A DNA stretch of 63,489 nucleotides, filler included, from Octopus bimaculoides (taxonomy: Eukaryota): NCBI RefSeq assembly GCF_001194135.2. It is 7 parts of 7 records of this genome, joined end to end, with 100 filler letters (N's around TTAATTAATTAA, not from the genome) between each part and the next. Parts side by side here need not be neighbours in the genome. Positions count along the whole stretch, not along the records: positions 11,338 to 14,248 come from NC_068982.1; positions 14,349 to 30,915 come from NC_068983.1; 5 more parts are not named here. One strand, given 5' to 3'. Of the stretch, positions 13,152 through 25,299 are shown piece after piece. The first letter of the stretch is position 1; the number at the start of each line of letters is the position of its first letter. The notes beneath the pieces were generated by a model. That model saw only the letters and a list, made by a program, of their open reading frames with translations. It made no database searches and had not been told where the DNA came from. A program made the translations under genes and the position numbers.

Positions 13152-14533
13152 GGATGTATGTATGGATTTATATGGTAGATAAATATTACAGGGCATTCAT
13201 GACCTTCAATCTTTTCCGATACCCTCCCCCGCATTCTAACTACAGGCTCAATTCTGAAATCATAAATCTTAAATGCTCACGTTAGTTGCCCCGCTCTTCA
13301 TTCATACTTATTAAAAATACCGCTCAACTATATCTCTGAGATCGATCCTTAAACATAACAAATTTCATCAGATTATTTTATCGCATAGATACACATACAT
13401 ACATACATAGATACATACATACATGAATAAATTTAGATGAATTTTTTTTGGCGTTTCAATAGCTCTTGAAGTTGTCACAAAAGTAGTTGTTGTCATTACG
13501 ATGGTGTTTGTTGTCAAAGTTGTTGTTGTTATCGTCGTTGTCTTTGCTGTTTTCTATGTTATAATGTTATCTAATCACTCTCAGCTAATATTCACTTTCA
13601 TGTCTGGAAGTGTTGACTGTAGAATTCTCCTATAAAATATCTAACAATTCACCTAACAAAAGGCCTGCTTCAATTTGAACTGATACCATCTTTGTAAAAT
13701 CAAGCAATATCCTTTTATTCTCCTAAGTCAAGAAGTGGCTGGCGGCCAGCGTTTAAAACTTCCCGACTTAAATAATATTTCAATTAAAACAAAAAGAAAA
13801 AGAAAAACAAAAAGAAGGATGTAAACAACAAAACCAAAAAATCCCTTCTTTTCTTCTAATACAAAAGAATGACTACACGCGCACACACAGACACATAGAC
13901 ATACTCAAATACATGCATACATTCATACATACATCCGTACGTACACACATAATATACACACACTCACACACACACACATATATACATACATGCAAAGAGA
14001 ATTGTCTTTATATATAAATATACATACATAGATAGAGAATGGACTATATATATATATATATATATACATACATCCATACATACATACATATACATACATA
14101 CATAGAGAATGGACCACATATATGTATATATATATAAATATAGATGACTGTATTGTATATATAAATATGTCTGATGTGTGTGTATATGTGTATATACGCA
14201 CACACACACACACACGCACACACACACATATATATATATTCATATGTANNNNNNNNNNNNNNNNNNNNNNNNNNNNNNNNNNNNNNNNNNNNTTAATTAA
14301 TTAANNNNNNNNNNNNNNNNNNNNNNNNNNNNNNNNNNNNNNNNNNNNTATATATATATATATATGGCACAAGACGAGTACGACTTATTGCAATGTACTC
14401 CACGGTGTGTTGCAGTATGTGCTTACGTGTGTAAGTCTTCTAAAAGGCCATAAGTCAGGGAAAAGGTGCACTCGTATATCTGTCAATAGAGTGAGTATAT
14501 TATCTGAAGTGCACACTATTATATATCCATCAC

Positions 14534-14625
14534 AGCTGATCTTACCAATCGGTTTCGCGCTAGGGGTACAACGGAGTGTTAAAGAACAATCTGATTATAT
14601 AACCCTACGCTCATCAGATGTAGCC
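14534..14625 (-). ncRNA. Hammerhead-like motif with long helix II loop and weak helix I
   Basis: Minus strand: CUGAUGA (14617-14611); helix II gcgtaggg/ccctagcgc (one bulge); GAAA (14556-14553); helix III CC-gauu-GG; GUA triplet. Helix I only partly paired. Confidence 0.5.
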
Positions 14626-14706
14626 GATATGGAATGAAATATGGTGACTGCTCTCTATTGTTGGAGGTGAAAGGACATATCCGGTTTGCGATTGCTGTGA
14701 AAGGAT

Positions 14707-15128
14707 TGTAGTAACGCCTTACTAGCAGACGACGTTCCGGAAGGCTTATCCACGCATGCGCAGGGACTGGTTCCGGAAGGAATGCAGGAGGAGTCTCGTG
14801 CGCATGCGTGGTCATTCGAGATTCAAGTTTCGCGCCCTGATTCATTCTCTTTCTCGGCCGGCCGACCATGAGCCTGGACGTGTCAAGCAGTCTCTCCAAC
14901 ATTCCAACTCTGGAGACAGCTCTTTCCAACATTCCAGCTCTGGAGCTGGACAGATAACCACCAACATCACTGACGGCGTCTCAGCAACCAAAGGGCGAAG
15001 TGCTGCCTATTTCCTCTGTAAATAAATATTGTTGTGTTGATAGTTCAGAATCTGCGTTCCGTTGTTTCTTCAGAATTTAATGTACGAAAGCGGGTATACC
15101 CCTAATGGTGTATAACCACTTTCCTATA
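14707..15128 (+). mobile_element. Solo LTR family 1, copy A (422 bp, TG...TA, 4-bp TSD ggat)
   Basis: ggat|TGTAG...CCTATA|ggat; AATAAA at 15021; homologous to 29422-29851 in inverted orientation. Confidence 0.8.
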
Positions 15129-15585
15129 GGATGATGAAATGAACAGGGTAGAGGATTTAGTTAAAAGTTCTGTCCCTTAGTACCTAGTGGCAATGTCTCT
15201 GNNNNNNNNNNNNNNNNNNNNNNNNNNNNNNNNNNNNNNNNNNNNNNNNNNNNNNNNNNNNNNNNNNNNNNNNNNNNNNNNNNNNNNNNNNNNNNNNNNN
15301 NNNNNNNNNNNNNNNNNNNNNNNNNNNNNNNNNNNNNNNNNNNNNNNNNNNNNNNNNNNNNNNNNNNNNNNNNNNNNNNNNNNNNNNNNNNNNNNNNNNN
15401 NNNNNNNNNNNNNNNNNNNNNNNNNNNNNNNNNNNNNNNNNNNNNNNNNNNNNNNNNNNNNNNNNNNNNNNNNNNNNNNNNNNNNNNNNNNNNNNNNNNN
15501 NNNNNNNNNNNNNNNNNNNNNNNNNNNNNNNNNNNNNNNNNNNNNNNNNNNNNNNNNNNNNNNNNNNNNNNNNNNNNNNNNNNNN

Positions 15586-15623
<38 letters not shown>

Positions 15624-16862
15624 GTATATATGCATATATATATTTACATGCCTATATTTATGTATGCATATGTTGTGTGTGCATGTACTTCAGTATGCTA
15701 TGGGCGTATGTGTGCGAATGTGTGAATCTCTTACAGAATATTTTGGTATTTTGCCTACAACATCATAAAAGTCAAGTTGGAATATTTCCATGCATCTTTC
15801 AATAATTTCGATTAACTATTTCAGAGTAAAATAAATTTCAATGAATTATATATAGAGTAGTGTTTGAAGCATACATGTTCATAGCAATGTTTTTGCATTA
15901 TGTATGTCAGGCTATCTGGCCAAATGTTCCGTATAAAATAATAAACTTTTATTCAGTGAATGAAACACTAATACTGCGTTACTTGATATACTTTCGACCG
16001 CCATCATTATCGTTATCACTTTAAACGTTATCAGTAACGAACTAACAAGGGAGCCTCTACTCACTAGTTCGACCTGCTAAAAATAGTAGGACGAATTTCA
16101 CTCAGATCAATACACATTTTACCTTCTCAAATAAACAAGGACAGCTTTGTCCACAATATACAAACAAATAGAGTGTTAACCGTTGGAACGCCTTTTGATC
16201 ATATGCCTGCTTAATTAGAGTTGACCTGTGACTAAACAAATAACAATAACAACTTAAACAAAATCATCATATCACCATCTCAACTACCAAACTCTGCATT
16301 ACCACTGCCACCGTCGTCACCGTCGCCACCGTCTGCATAGTTTTCATATTGTATTTTTACTTCTTTGAAGCATTTTTCTTTTCTTTTTTCGATTTGCTTA
16401 TAAAATATTTATAGATTATTGTGAGAAGTAATAATTGGGTGAATCGATACGGTACCGAACTACTGCCCGAAGACTCTTAGGGCATTGTCTTCTAACAAAG
16501 CGCAGGCCATGTCCTCAGAAGCAGAACTGTGTATTTATCCATTGCTAAACCTAGGTTTAAGGAGAAAGAAAGAGGTCACCGTCCCTAGTTACATATATCT
16601 TTACGATACAACGACTTAGTCCCTTCTAGCAGTCCTCAATTCTTTTGATCTTACAGTGCACTTGAATGTACTAGAGTTTAAATACAAAAAAAAAAACAAA
16701 AAAAAAACTGGTGTACTTGCATAGGAAATTAAACACAACAACGTTTTAAATTGAAAAACTAGTAAATACGGAATACTATTCCTCATCTCGTTTCATCTAT
16801 CGTTCTTTCTTCGCGTGTAATAAAATTATAACAGCGTTGTTCAAGATTCTCAAATATTTCTA

Positions 16863-17990
16863 TGTAGTGGACCTTGCATGCATAAAGTGGATTCGATCCA
16901 CCATAGCCAAATTTAAATTAACACTGCAACAAAACTTTTCCCACGGTGGAACGATAGTTTTTCTCTGACAGCAGTTTAATATTTTCCAGAGGCCTTTAGC
17001 TAGGCCGAAACAATGTCTTCACCACTTGACCCTTTCTAACCTCTTCTATATCACCAAAATCTAGAATAAAGATAACAAGACCACGAACTAAATCTATTGT
17101 TCTCAATAATATATCTATCTTCTCGATTGTTATAAAAGCAAGGAAACCCCAAGAAAAATTTAGTCTAGTCACTAGTCGGTGACGACTCAACCAGTAGTCA
17201 CTTGGCGACGACAGAGCGAAGCAGCTAGTGACAACTCAATTAGTTAGTGAACGGACATCTAGAGATATAGTCACAAGCAGGCAGCCACTAAAGACAAAAC
17301 GACCAGAGGGAGAAAGAAGGTTACAACCAGACAACTATGAGACACAAACTCCCTCGACTTTATGACTTTCACTAGCTCACTTCCGTTTCTTTGTAACATT
17401 ACCATCTCTGTCTATATACTGCTACAAGATCGTGTACACACATACACAGGCCGAAATTAACTTTCTTTACCTTGCATGCTTTACGAACTGTGTTATACTA
17501 TTACACTAACCTACCCGTCATGGTATGGCATTTATTAAAGTAACGGTAAATAAATATTTCTTTACAACTTCGATCACTGTTCTTCGTTCATCTTACAACC
17601 GTTACAATTGGTAACTACACAAAATTATCTTCGCTACACAAACTAACATTTATCGTTACAATTGGTAACTTCACAACAACCTAACCGTTACAATTGGTAA
17701 CCTCCGACTCTAACATAAAACCGTTATAATTGGTGACCCCGAGCAAGAGAATTGCTGCCTTCTGAAACAGCATTACCAACAGTTACAACTGTCGACCTCC
17801 AGCGAAAGAATTACTACCTTCTGCATTTTTGCTGATTCGAGCTAAAGAACTAGAATAACTACAGTCGCTGAACCAAAGAAAATTGATGACAACCTTCGTC
17901 ACCACCAAGATGCACCCTCCATCGACCTGCTACAGAAAGCACTATACTGCGATGCAATCTACGATGCACTTCACAACAATGCAACACTAC
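16863..17990 (+). mobile_element. LTR family 2: 5' LTR (TGTAGTGG...GTTACA) with tRNA-Trp primer-binding site and eroded internal sequence
   Basis: Homologous to 34659-35354; followed by tggtgaccccga at 17731-17742, which matches the tRNA-Trp PBS of avian retroviruses. Confidence 0.75.
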
Positions 17991-18470
17991 CGACGCACAA
18001 GGAATTCTCTTTCGAAATAGTCACCTTGCGCAGCAATACACCAGTCCCAGCGTTCCTCCCACTTTTGGAATCCGGCCTGAAAGTCGTTTTCCGTAAGCGA
18101 ATCGAAGACCTTCTGTGAGTAGCTCTGGATCTTGACAGCGGTGTTAAAATGGCGATCTTTGAACTGCCTCCTCATCTTGAGGAATAGATGGCAGTCCGCA
18201 GGTTCTAAATCTGGCGAATTGGGCAGGTGTGGAAGCGACACCATGTTGCTTTTGGTGAGTTTCTCAAGAGGGAGGAGAGCTCGGTGACAAGGTGCATTGT
18301 TGTCATGAAGAATCCAATTCTTCGCGTTCGACAGGTCGCTTTCGCCGAATGTCCTCCCTCAAACGCTTCAAAACGTTGCAGTAGAACTCTCGATTGACGG
18401 TTTGGCCCTGAGGTACGAATTATCGATGCACAATATCTCGTATGTGGAAAAAAAACCCCAGAAAAACGGC
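17990..18470 (-). mobile_element. mariner transposase C-terminal remnant
   Basis: EGQTVNREFYCNVLKR, WILHDDNAPCH, PNSPDLEPADCHLF (YSPDLAP-like), W.ERW.WCI.AQGDYFE; frameshifted. Confidence 0.88.
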
Positions 18471-18789
18471 GAGCATGCTCTTGATTGAAGACTATTGCAT
18501 ACACGTGATCATAATCTAAATTTAAATATTTTCTATTTTTTTACCTTCTTCGATATTACAAGGCTTCAAGCGAACTACAACAAAATTTAAACATCGAACA
18601 TGGTCTCAGCAGCTACGTATGGGATGTTATGCATTGCAAGGTGTTATTCCAAACCCCACCCTCAAACCCACTACCAAATCATTCCTGTTTAAATGATTTT
18701 TTTCACTGTATATGTGTTTTGATCTCGTTATCTAGAATTACGCAGTGAAAATATTTCATATTTTAGCAACAGTTATATTATCACTTCAT

Positions 18790-19472
18790 ATTTTCTTACA
18801 ATATTGTTTTCAAATTTTGGCACAACGTCAGCGGGAGAGAATACGTCGCTTACATCAACATCATAGTTCAGCTGATGCTTATTTTATCGATACCGAAATG
18901 ATAAAAGACAAAGATGACCTCGGCAGAATTTGAACTCAGAACGTAAAGACGGACGAAATGCCGCTAAGTATTTTGTCTGGTATGCTTACGATTCAGCCAG
19001 ATCACCACTTTATAATTTTCTTATATCTTTGAATATATTTCAAAATTTGGCACAAGACCAGCAATTTCAAGAGTGGGGTAAGTCGATTACATTAACCCCA
19101 GTACTCAACTGGTACTTATTTTAAAGACCTCGAAAGGATGAAAGGCAAAGTCGAGCTCGGCGGAATTTGAATTCAGAACGTGGAGACGGACGAAATGCCG
19201 CTAAGCATTTCATTCAGCGTGCTAACGATTCTGCTAGTTCATCGCCTTATAATTTTCTTATAATCTTATACTTTTGTAAGGCAGCGAGCTGTCGGATCGT
19301 TAGCACTTCGAGCATAATGTTTAGCGGCATTTCGTCCGTCTTTACGTTCTGAGGTCGAATTCCGCTGAGGTCGACTTTGCCTTTCATCGATAAAGTATCA
19401 TTTGAGTAATGGGGCCGATGTAATAGACTATCCCCCTCCCCTAAATTTCAGGCCTTGTGCTTATAGTAGAAA
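18790..19472. mobile_element. SINE family A cluster (two minus copies, one plus copy)
   Basis: Recurrent gaatttgaactcagaacg and ttgcctttcat motifs. Confidence 0.8.
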
Positions 19473-19859
19473 ATAATATTATTTCTTTTTAATATTACTT
19501 TGCCTACATATGTACTAACTCGGACGTATTTCTAACACAAACATACGTACGAGATGAAACGTTCAGATTTTACTATAGCTATTAGGCTATGGGCTAGAGG
19601 GGTGGTGTCATGGTGCACCACCCTTGTGATTTACTTTATTGGTTATTTTTCATGTAGCCCTGGATCTAACAAATCAGAAAATTGATGTTGCTAGCAAAAA
19701 ACTGGGATGGAAGATATCACGCCAACTTTTACAGCTGGAGGCAGAAAATTAGGAGCATGGAAAATTGAAACAGCTCTAACTTTGCAACTCTTCACCAAAA
19801 TATTTCAAATGACCACTTAAAATGATTGATTGGTCAAGATCAACAAGTTCATGCAAATG

Positions 19860-21050
19860 ATAAGCGAATTCATTCTGTAAAAAGGTCACCATACGTCAAA
19901 AAGTCACGAACTTTGACCTTTACCTATATATCTCGCATTCACGGGTTTTATTTATCACCAAGACCATATAATGTTTTTTTTTTATTNNNNNNNNNNNNNN
20001 NNNNNNNNNNNNNNNNNNNNNNNNNNNNNNNNNNNNNNNNNNNNNNNNNNNNNNNNNNNNNNNNNNNNNNNNNNNNNNNNNNNNNNAAAGAAAACTTATT
20101 TTGTCTCAGAATTCTAAATACAATTTTCCAATAATCGCAGAGCTCATACTTGTATTATACGGGAAACCCATCTCACTCTTATGAGATATTAAACAAAAAT
20201 GATTTCACCATATTTTTTAATGATAAAAAAAAAACAAGCAAAAACTTATGCAATAAATTATTATTTCGAAAATAATGGCAAAAACCGTTTTTTAATAAAA
20301 TAAAATTAAAAAGAAAGTGATTAAAAAGAGACTTTATCATAGGGAAACGCATGCATTAATCCTAGATGTGTTATGTCAAAAGAAAAAAAAAGCAGGATGG
20401 TTACGGTTGGAAAGATTTTTGTCAAGATTAGAAAACCATTTTGCGAAATCCTGCAATCATCGGCAACTCTTCGACCGATATATCTTTCTTTATCGAGGAT
20501 ATCTATCCCACTCCAATCGCTCTCCGAAGTCATCTTCCTCAATGATTTCAATGTTTACAACTATTTTTGGATCTCACATTCATCCCTTACTTGATGTTGT
20601 CCGTGTACAAACCAAACGCTTGACAATTCTCAACTTTATACAATTAATTTTATTCCCTACATTCATCCATGACCAAATACCGTCGATCCCTTGCTGCGAA
20701 GTCTTCGTCATCACGAACTTGTTATGACTGTGTGATAAACTTTCTGTAACTTCTCGACGGTTGCATAACTCGCTGCTTTTCGGAAAGTACCGATGGATCA
20801 CGCAGTCTGTATTTGTACTGAAAATGGAAATTGAACGAGCTTTTACTCCTTGACTCAACGTGTTGTTTATGTTGACATCGAACTCGCTTTGGGATGCCTA
20901 CGTCACCGTTTGGTAGACGTACTGTTTTACTCAAACTCTCCGGTCACTGTTTCCAATCAAGAGTCGTGCATCGGTTGCATTGGAGCCTGTGAAAGCACAT
21001 GGCATGCAGTACATGCTTCGTACCAGATATTAAAAAAAACTGTTCGATGA
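19860..21050 (-). mobile_element. Degenerate Chapaev/CMC-like DNA transposon
   Basis: Minus-strand pieces VKA...YFPKSSE and, with a frameshift, DDFGERLEWD-ISS.KERYIG...ADDC resemble the Chapaev transposase C-terminal motif SDEHGERFHQDI..ME.RY.G....LADYC. Confidence 0.45.
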
Positions 21051-22624
21051 TGGTTCAATCCTATTCCTATGGAGCGTACGAAGAAACTTTTGTAGTGACG
21101 GATTTTCGTCGTCTCCGAGGCGTCTAATATTCAACAAGCAACATTTTTTAAAACAAAGAATGCAGCGGCCTTGTGTCCTCTTACAATGTAACAGCTACCG
21201 TGTACCCTCATAAAACCGAGCTGGTATTTGTGTTATCAAGCTCCACAAAGATGAAAAGGCGAAGTGAGATTAGTCAGAATTTGAACTCAGAAATAACTAC
21301 GGATACTGCAGTTTGTTAATCTGTCGCTTTGCCACTTCAGCCGTCCTCATTCAAGTGAATAGAACACTGATTTCTCACGTTGGCATACAAGTTCACATTT
21401 TAGCGGTGGGAATAGTTGACTATGTCAATTGTAGTTATTGTCTGATATTTGTATTATTGACCCTGGGAGGGTGACCGGAAAAGTTACCCCGCCAGGATTT
21501 GAAATCAAAATGTAAAAGGCCGTAATTAAATATAGCAAAGAATTTTGTCCGACACTCAAGCGATTCTTTCATTCAACCGATATCTCAAAGTATTGCTTAC
21601 TCATATTGGCACCAATTTTCATTTAGCAAACTGCATAAACATGATATTTTATTGGCCCAACACAGTAGAACGAAAGGAAAATTTGACTCATGTTGGATTT
21701 GAACTTAAGACATAGAAAAGATAAATTTGAATACTGTGAATATTTATATCACCATCTATGTATCATACTTAATGTATATATACTATGGACAGGCAAGAGG
21801 CAGTTTTCATCCAAGATAAAGTATCTTACAAACATACTGTGTTGAAAACACAATATGTATCGGGGGAAGGCGTAAAATCGTCCCGGTAGTGGCGAGCGAG
21901 AACATCAGAAACATTTCGGCCTCGAGGGGCCTTGTCAATGGTGTGTACTTACGGTCACATGCTTAAACGAAGTTTGTCGACTCCGATATAAAAAAAAATA
22001 GGGAATAATACATTCACTGATATTGCGATTAGCCGCTGAGCTGAATAATAAATCCGGTATATGCAACTGAAGCAGCATTAACTGAAAATAGCGATCTACG
22101 TATCATACTTAATATATGCACACCGTTGATAGGCAAGAGGCTGCAGCTTTCATCCGAAATAAATCTCTTATAGACGTGAAGACTCAAGAAGGCCGAAATG
22201 CTGGGGTGATTTTCGTCTCCCTTCGATATATTATACTTTTATCACAGCACCTCCATAAGAGATTTTATCTTGGACGAAAACCGTAGCATCTTACTTATCA
22301 ACGGTGTATATATATTGAATATAATACATCATCACTATTTTAATTTCATGAAGGTTCTGTTGCGCACCGCGAAATATTGTTTAGCCTTAGATCAACCTTA
22401 CTTGAACAGATCTATGATCAAAGGTGTTTCAGTAGTGACTATTCCGTATTATTTCAGTATTAGAATTTGAAGTGCATTATCTAACATGTCTTCCTATTTT
22501 TAAACTGTATGGCGTAACATGGAGATTTATCATCCATTTATAGTCAGCCGAGAGATCTAGAGAAATGGTTTTCAAACAGTGCACCGAGGACATTTAAAAC
22601 CACTTAAAAGTTTAGAAAATCCAT

Positions 22625-23017
22625 ATTAATGCTTGTTGTTGGCACTCCCTCGCTTACGACGTCGAGGGTTCCAGTTGATCCGATCAACGGAACAGCCTTC
22701 TCGTGAAATTAACGTGCAAGTGGCTGAGCACTCCACAGACACGTATACCCTTAACGTAGTTCTCGGGGAGATTCAGCGTGACACAGTGTGACAAGGCTGA
22801 CACTTTGAATTACAGGCACAACAGAAATAGGAAGTAAGAGAGAGAAAGTTGTGGTGAAAGAGTACAGCGGGGTTCGTCACCATCCCCTGCCGGAGCCTCG
22901 TGGCGCTTTAGGTGTTTTCACTCAATAAACACTCACAATGCCCGGTCTGGGAATCGAAACTGCGAGCCTACGATCGTGAGTCCGCTGCCCTAACCACTGG
23001 GTCATTGCGCCTCCACA
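22625..23017 (-). mobile_element. tRNA-derived SINE family C, full-length-like
   Basis: Minus-strand head gtggaggcgcaatgacccagtggttagggcagcggactc...ttcgattccc (A and B boxes), followed by a non-tRNA body. Confidence 0.75.
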
Positions 23018-23379
23018 TATTAATGCTAGGTAACCTTGAAAAAAACTTGTTACAATTTTGTTATCGAGTCTGTCAAAAGTCTATAGGCTTAGAAGGCCGG
23101 AACCGATCCTAATCCCAGTTTCTACGACCAAGAATACAGAACTCCCTTCTGTAACCTGATACATGTCCGTCGCATAGTTAATCCTCAGCTGTAGCACATA
23201 TTCAACTGAGTGAACTGGAACAACGGGAAATAAAGTGCTTTATCTCAACAACACAACAACACAACAAACAACCCAGGCCTGGAATTGAAGCTACATCTTT
23301 ACGATCCCGAGCTCAACACCCTTGACCACTAGACCACGCACCTTTATATTTTGTTATGCACAAGTATAGTTGATGGTTT

Positions 23380-24530
23380 CTGATTTAGTCATAAGGCCAT
23401 CAATTTTGATAGTAGGGTAAGGGAATAGTCGATAATATTGACTCCACTACTCTGTTAGTGATTTGTTGTATCGATCTCAAAAGATTAAAGGTAACGGTGA
23501 TCTCGGTGGGGTTTGAAATATAGAATGTGAAGAGTCGGAACAACAAAAAAAAGCAGTAAGTATTTTGTCCAATGCTTTAATGATACTACCAGGTTGCACA
23601 AAAGTATGATAGCTTATAAGTTTAGCACAAGGTCAGCAATTTTGAGGTAAGGGAGGTTGTTGATGCCATAAAAACTAGTACTTGACAACATTGTAACGAT
23701 TTCGCCAGATTGTTACCTTACAAACAAGTATAATTTTATTGTTTCAAATTCTGGCACAAGGCCATTTCAGTGAGAGGGGACTAGTTGATTACATTGACTC
23801 CAGTACTTGACTGGCACTCTATTTTACTGAGCACGAAATGATGAAAAGCCAAAAAAACAAAAAACAAAAAACCGAACTCTGCGAGATTTGAACTCAGAAC
23901 GTGAAAAACTGGACACACTAACGATTCTGCATGCTCGCCACCTTATATACTAATAATAATTAATTAAACAAGGTTAGGCAGTGGGCTGGCAGATTCGTTA
24001 GCATGCTAGGCAAAATGCTTAGCGGCATTTCGCCCATTTTTGCGTTCTGAGTTCAAATACTACTGAGGTCGACTCAGCCTTTCATTCTTTCGGAAATCAA
24101 TAAAATGGGTAACAATTGAACACTGGGATCGATCTAATCGACTCTGCTCCTCCACCGAAATTGCTGACCTTGTGCCAAAATTTGAAACCATTTAATCAAT
24201 ATTTTTTTTTTTTTTTTACATATTTTATTCTAATTTTCTAAACTTTAAAACCTTAAAAAACACCAAACTTTCCTTATGAAATGGACCAGTAGTTTTTTGG
24301 TTTGACTTGCAATGAAGGTAAAAATACTGTTCAAACTTTGGCATAAGGCCAGCAATTTCGGGGGAGGGGTAAGCCGATTACATCGACCTCAGTACTCAAC
24401 TGGTACTTATTTTATCGACTCGAAAGGATGAAATGCAAAGTCAACCTCGGCGGAATTTGAGCACAGAACGTAAAAAAAGAGGAAATACTGCTAAACATTT
24501 TGTCCGGCGTGCTTACAATTCTGCCAGCTT
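23380..24530. mobile_element. Cluster of about five degenerate SINE family A copies
   Basis: Repeated family-A segments in both orientations; more eroded copies at 21225-21730. Confidence 0.7.
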
Positions 24531-25299
24531 GAAAGTAAAAATACTGAAAACTACTAACGATCTAGGGGCTCATTGTCTCGAATAGAGAAATTTTCGTAGC
24601 TCCGACGTTTCCCCATATGTCATTCATCAATGAAGATGAAAAAGCAACATGACAACCTCTTTGTCAGGGTGGTGAAAATGTTTAATATCACGACCGAGTC
24701 ACAAATACATTACAACCTCTGGCGAAACATCTATACCGAGAAAAGTAAATCTTTAAATTTGTACATAATTGCTGTTTTAGTTTTAAGGCTTAAAACATTT
24801 TTTGGGGCATGATATTTTAGAGACTGCAACAGCAAGAAGTTTAGTGTTTGAGTATGGGTGAAATTTCGCTCGTGAACTTTACGTGGTTGCTCAACCTGCT
24901 AAAAATAATAGCCAATATCTCACTCATTTTATACTCTACCATTCTGAATAAGAAAAAGACACATGGCGTAAGATAATCTGAAGTACGCTGATGACATTAA
25001 AAGTAAAATGGTCTTACCTGCATAAATCGAAGTAAATACTGAGATTATATATATCACTCCACAAATTTTCTGGATCATCCTTGGTCTCTTGAAAGAATTA
25101 ATTCGTGTTATTTTTGTCTTCTTCGTATATGTATCTATACTTTTCTTTTGCAAAGGAAATATTTTGTATCCTCCGCTGATGCCTGTATAATGTAAAATTT
25201 GGTTGATGGTCTTTCTAGACAGTGATTCAATAACGATGTTCTAGAAACTTTACTGAACTCTCTTCTACATTGGCAGATCTGTGTGGGGATCGGGGCGAC

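Noticed and set aside
17595-17745. CRISPR-like repeat-spacer pattern
   Set aside because: Eukaryotic context, repeats only ~14 nt, irregular spacers; explained by the LTR-end/PBS junction.
22940-23017. tRNA gene-like sequence (also 37026, 32703, 62884)
   Set aside because: A/B boxes continue into SINE bodies and do not close a cloverleaf acceptor stem; these are SINE heads.
24978-25010. LKYADDIK RT-like motif and CTGATGA core
   Set aside because: No flanking RT motifs in frame and no GAAA after the small stem; likely chance.
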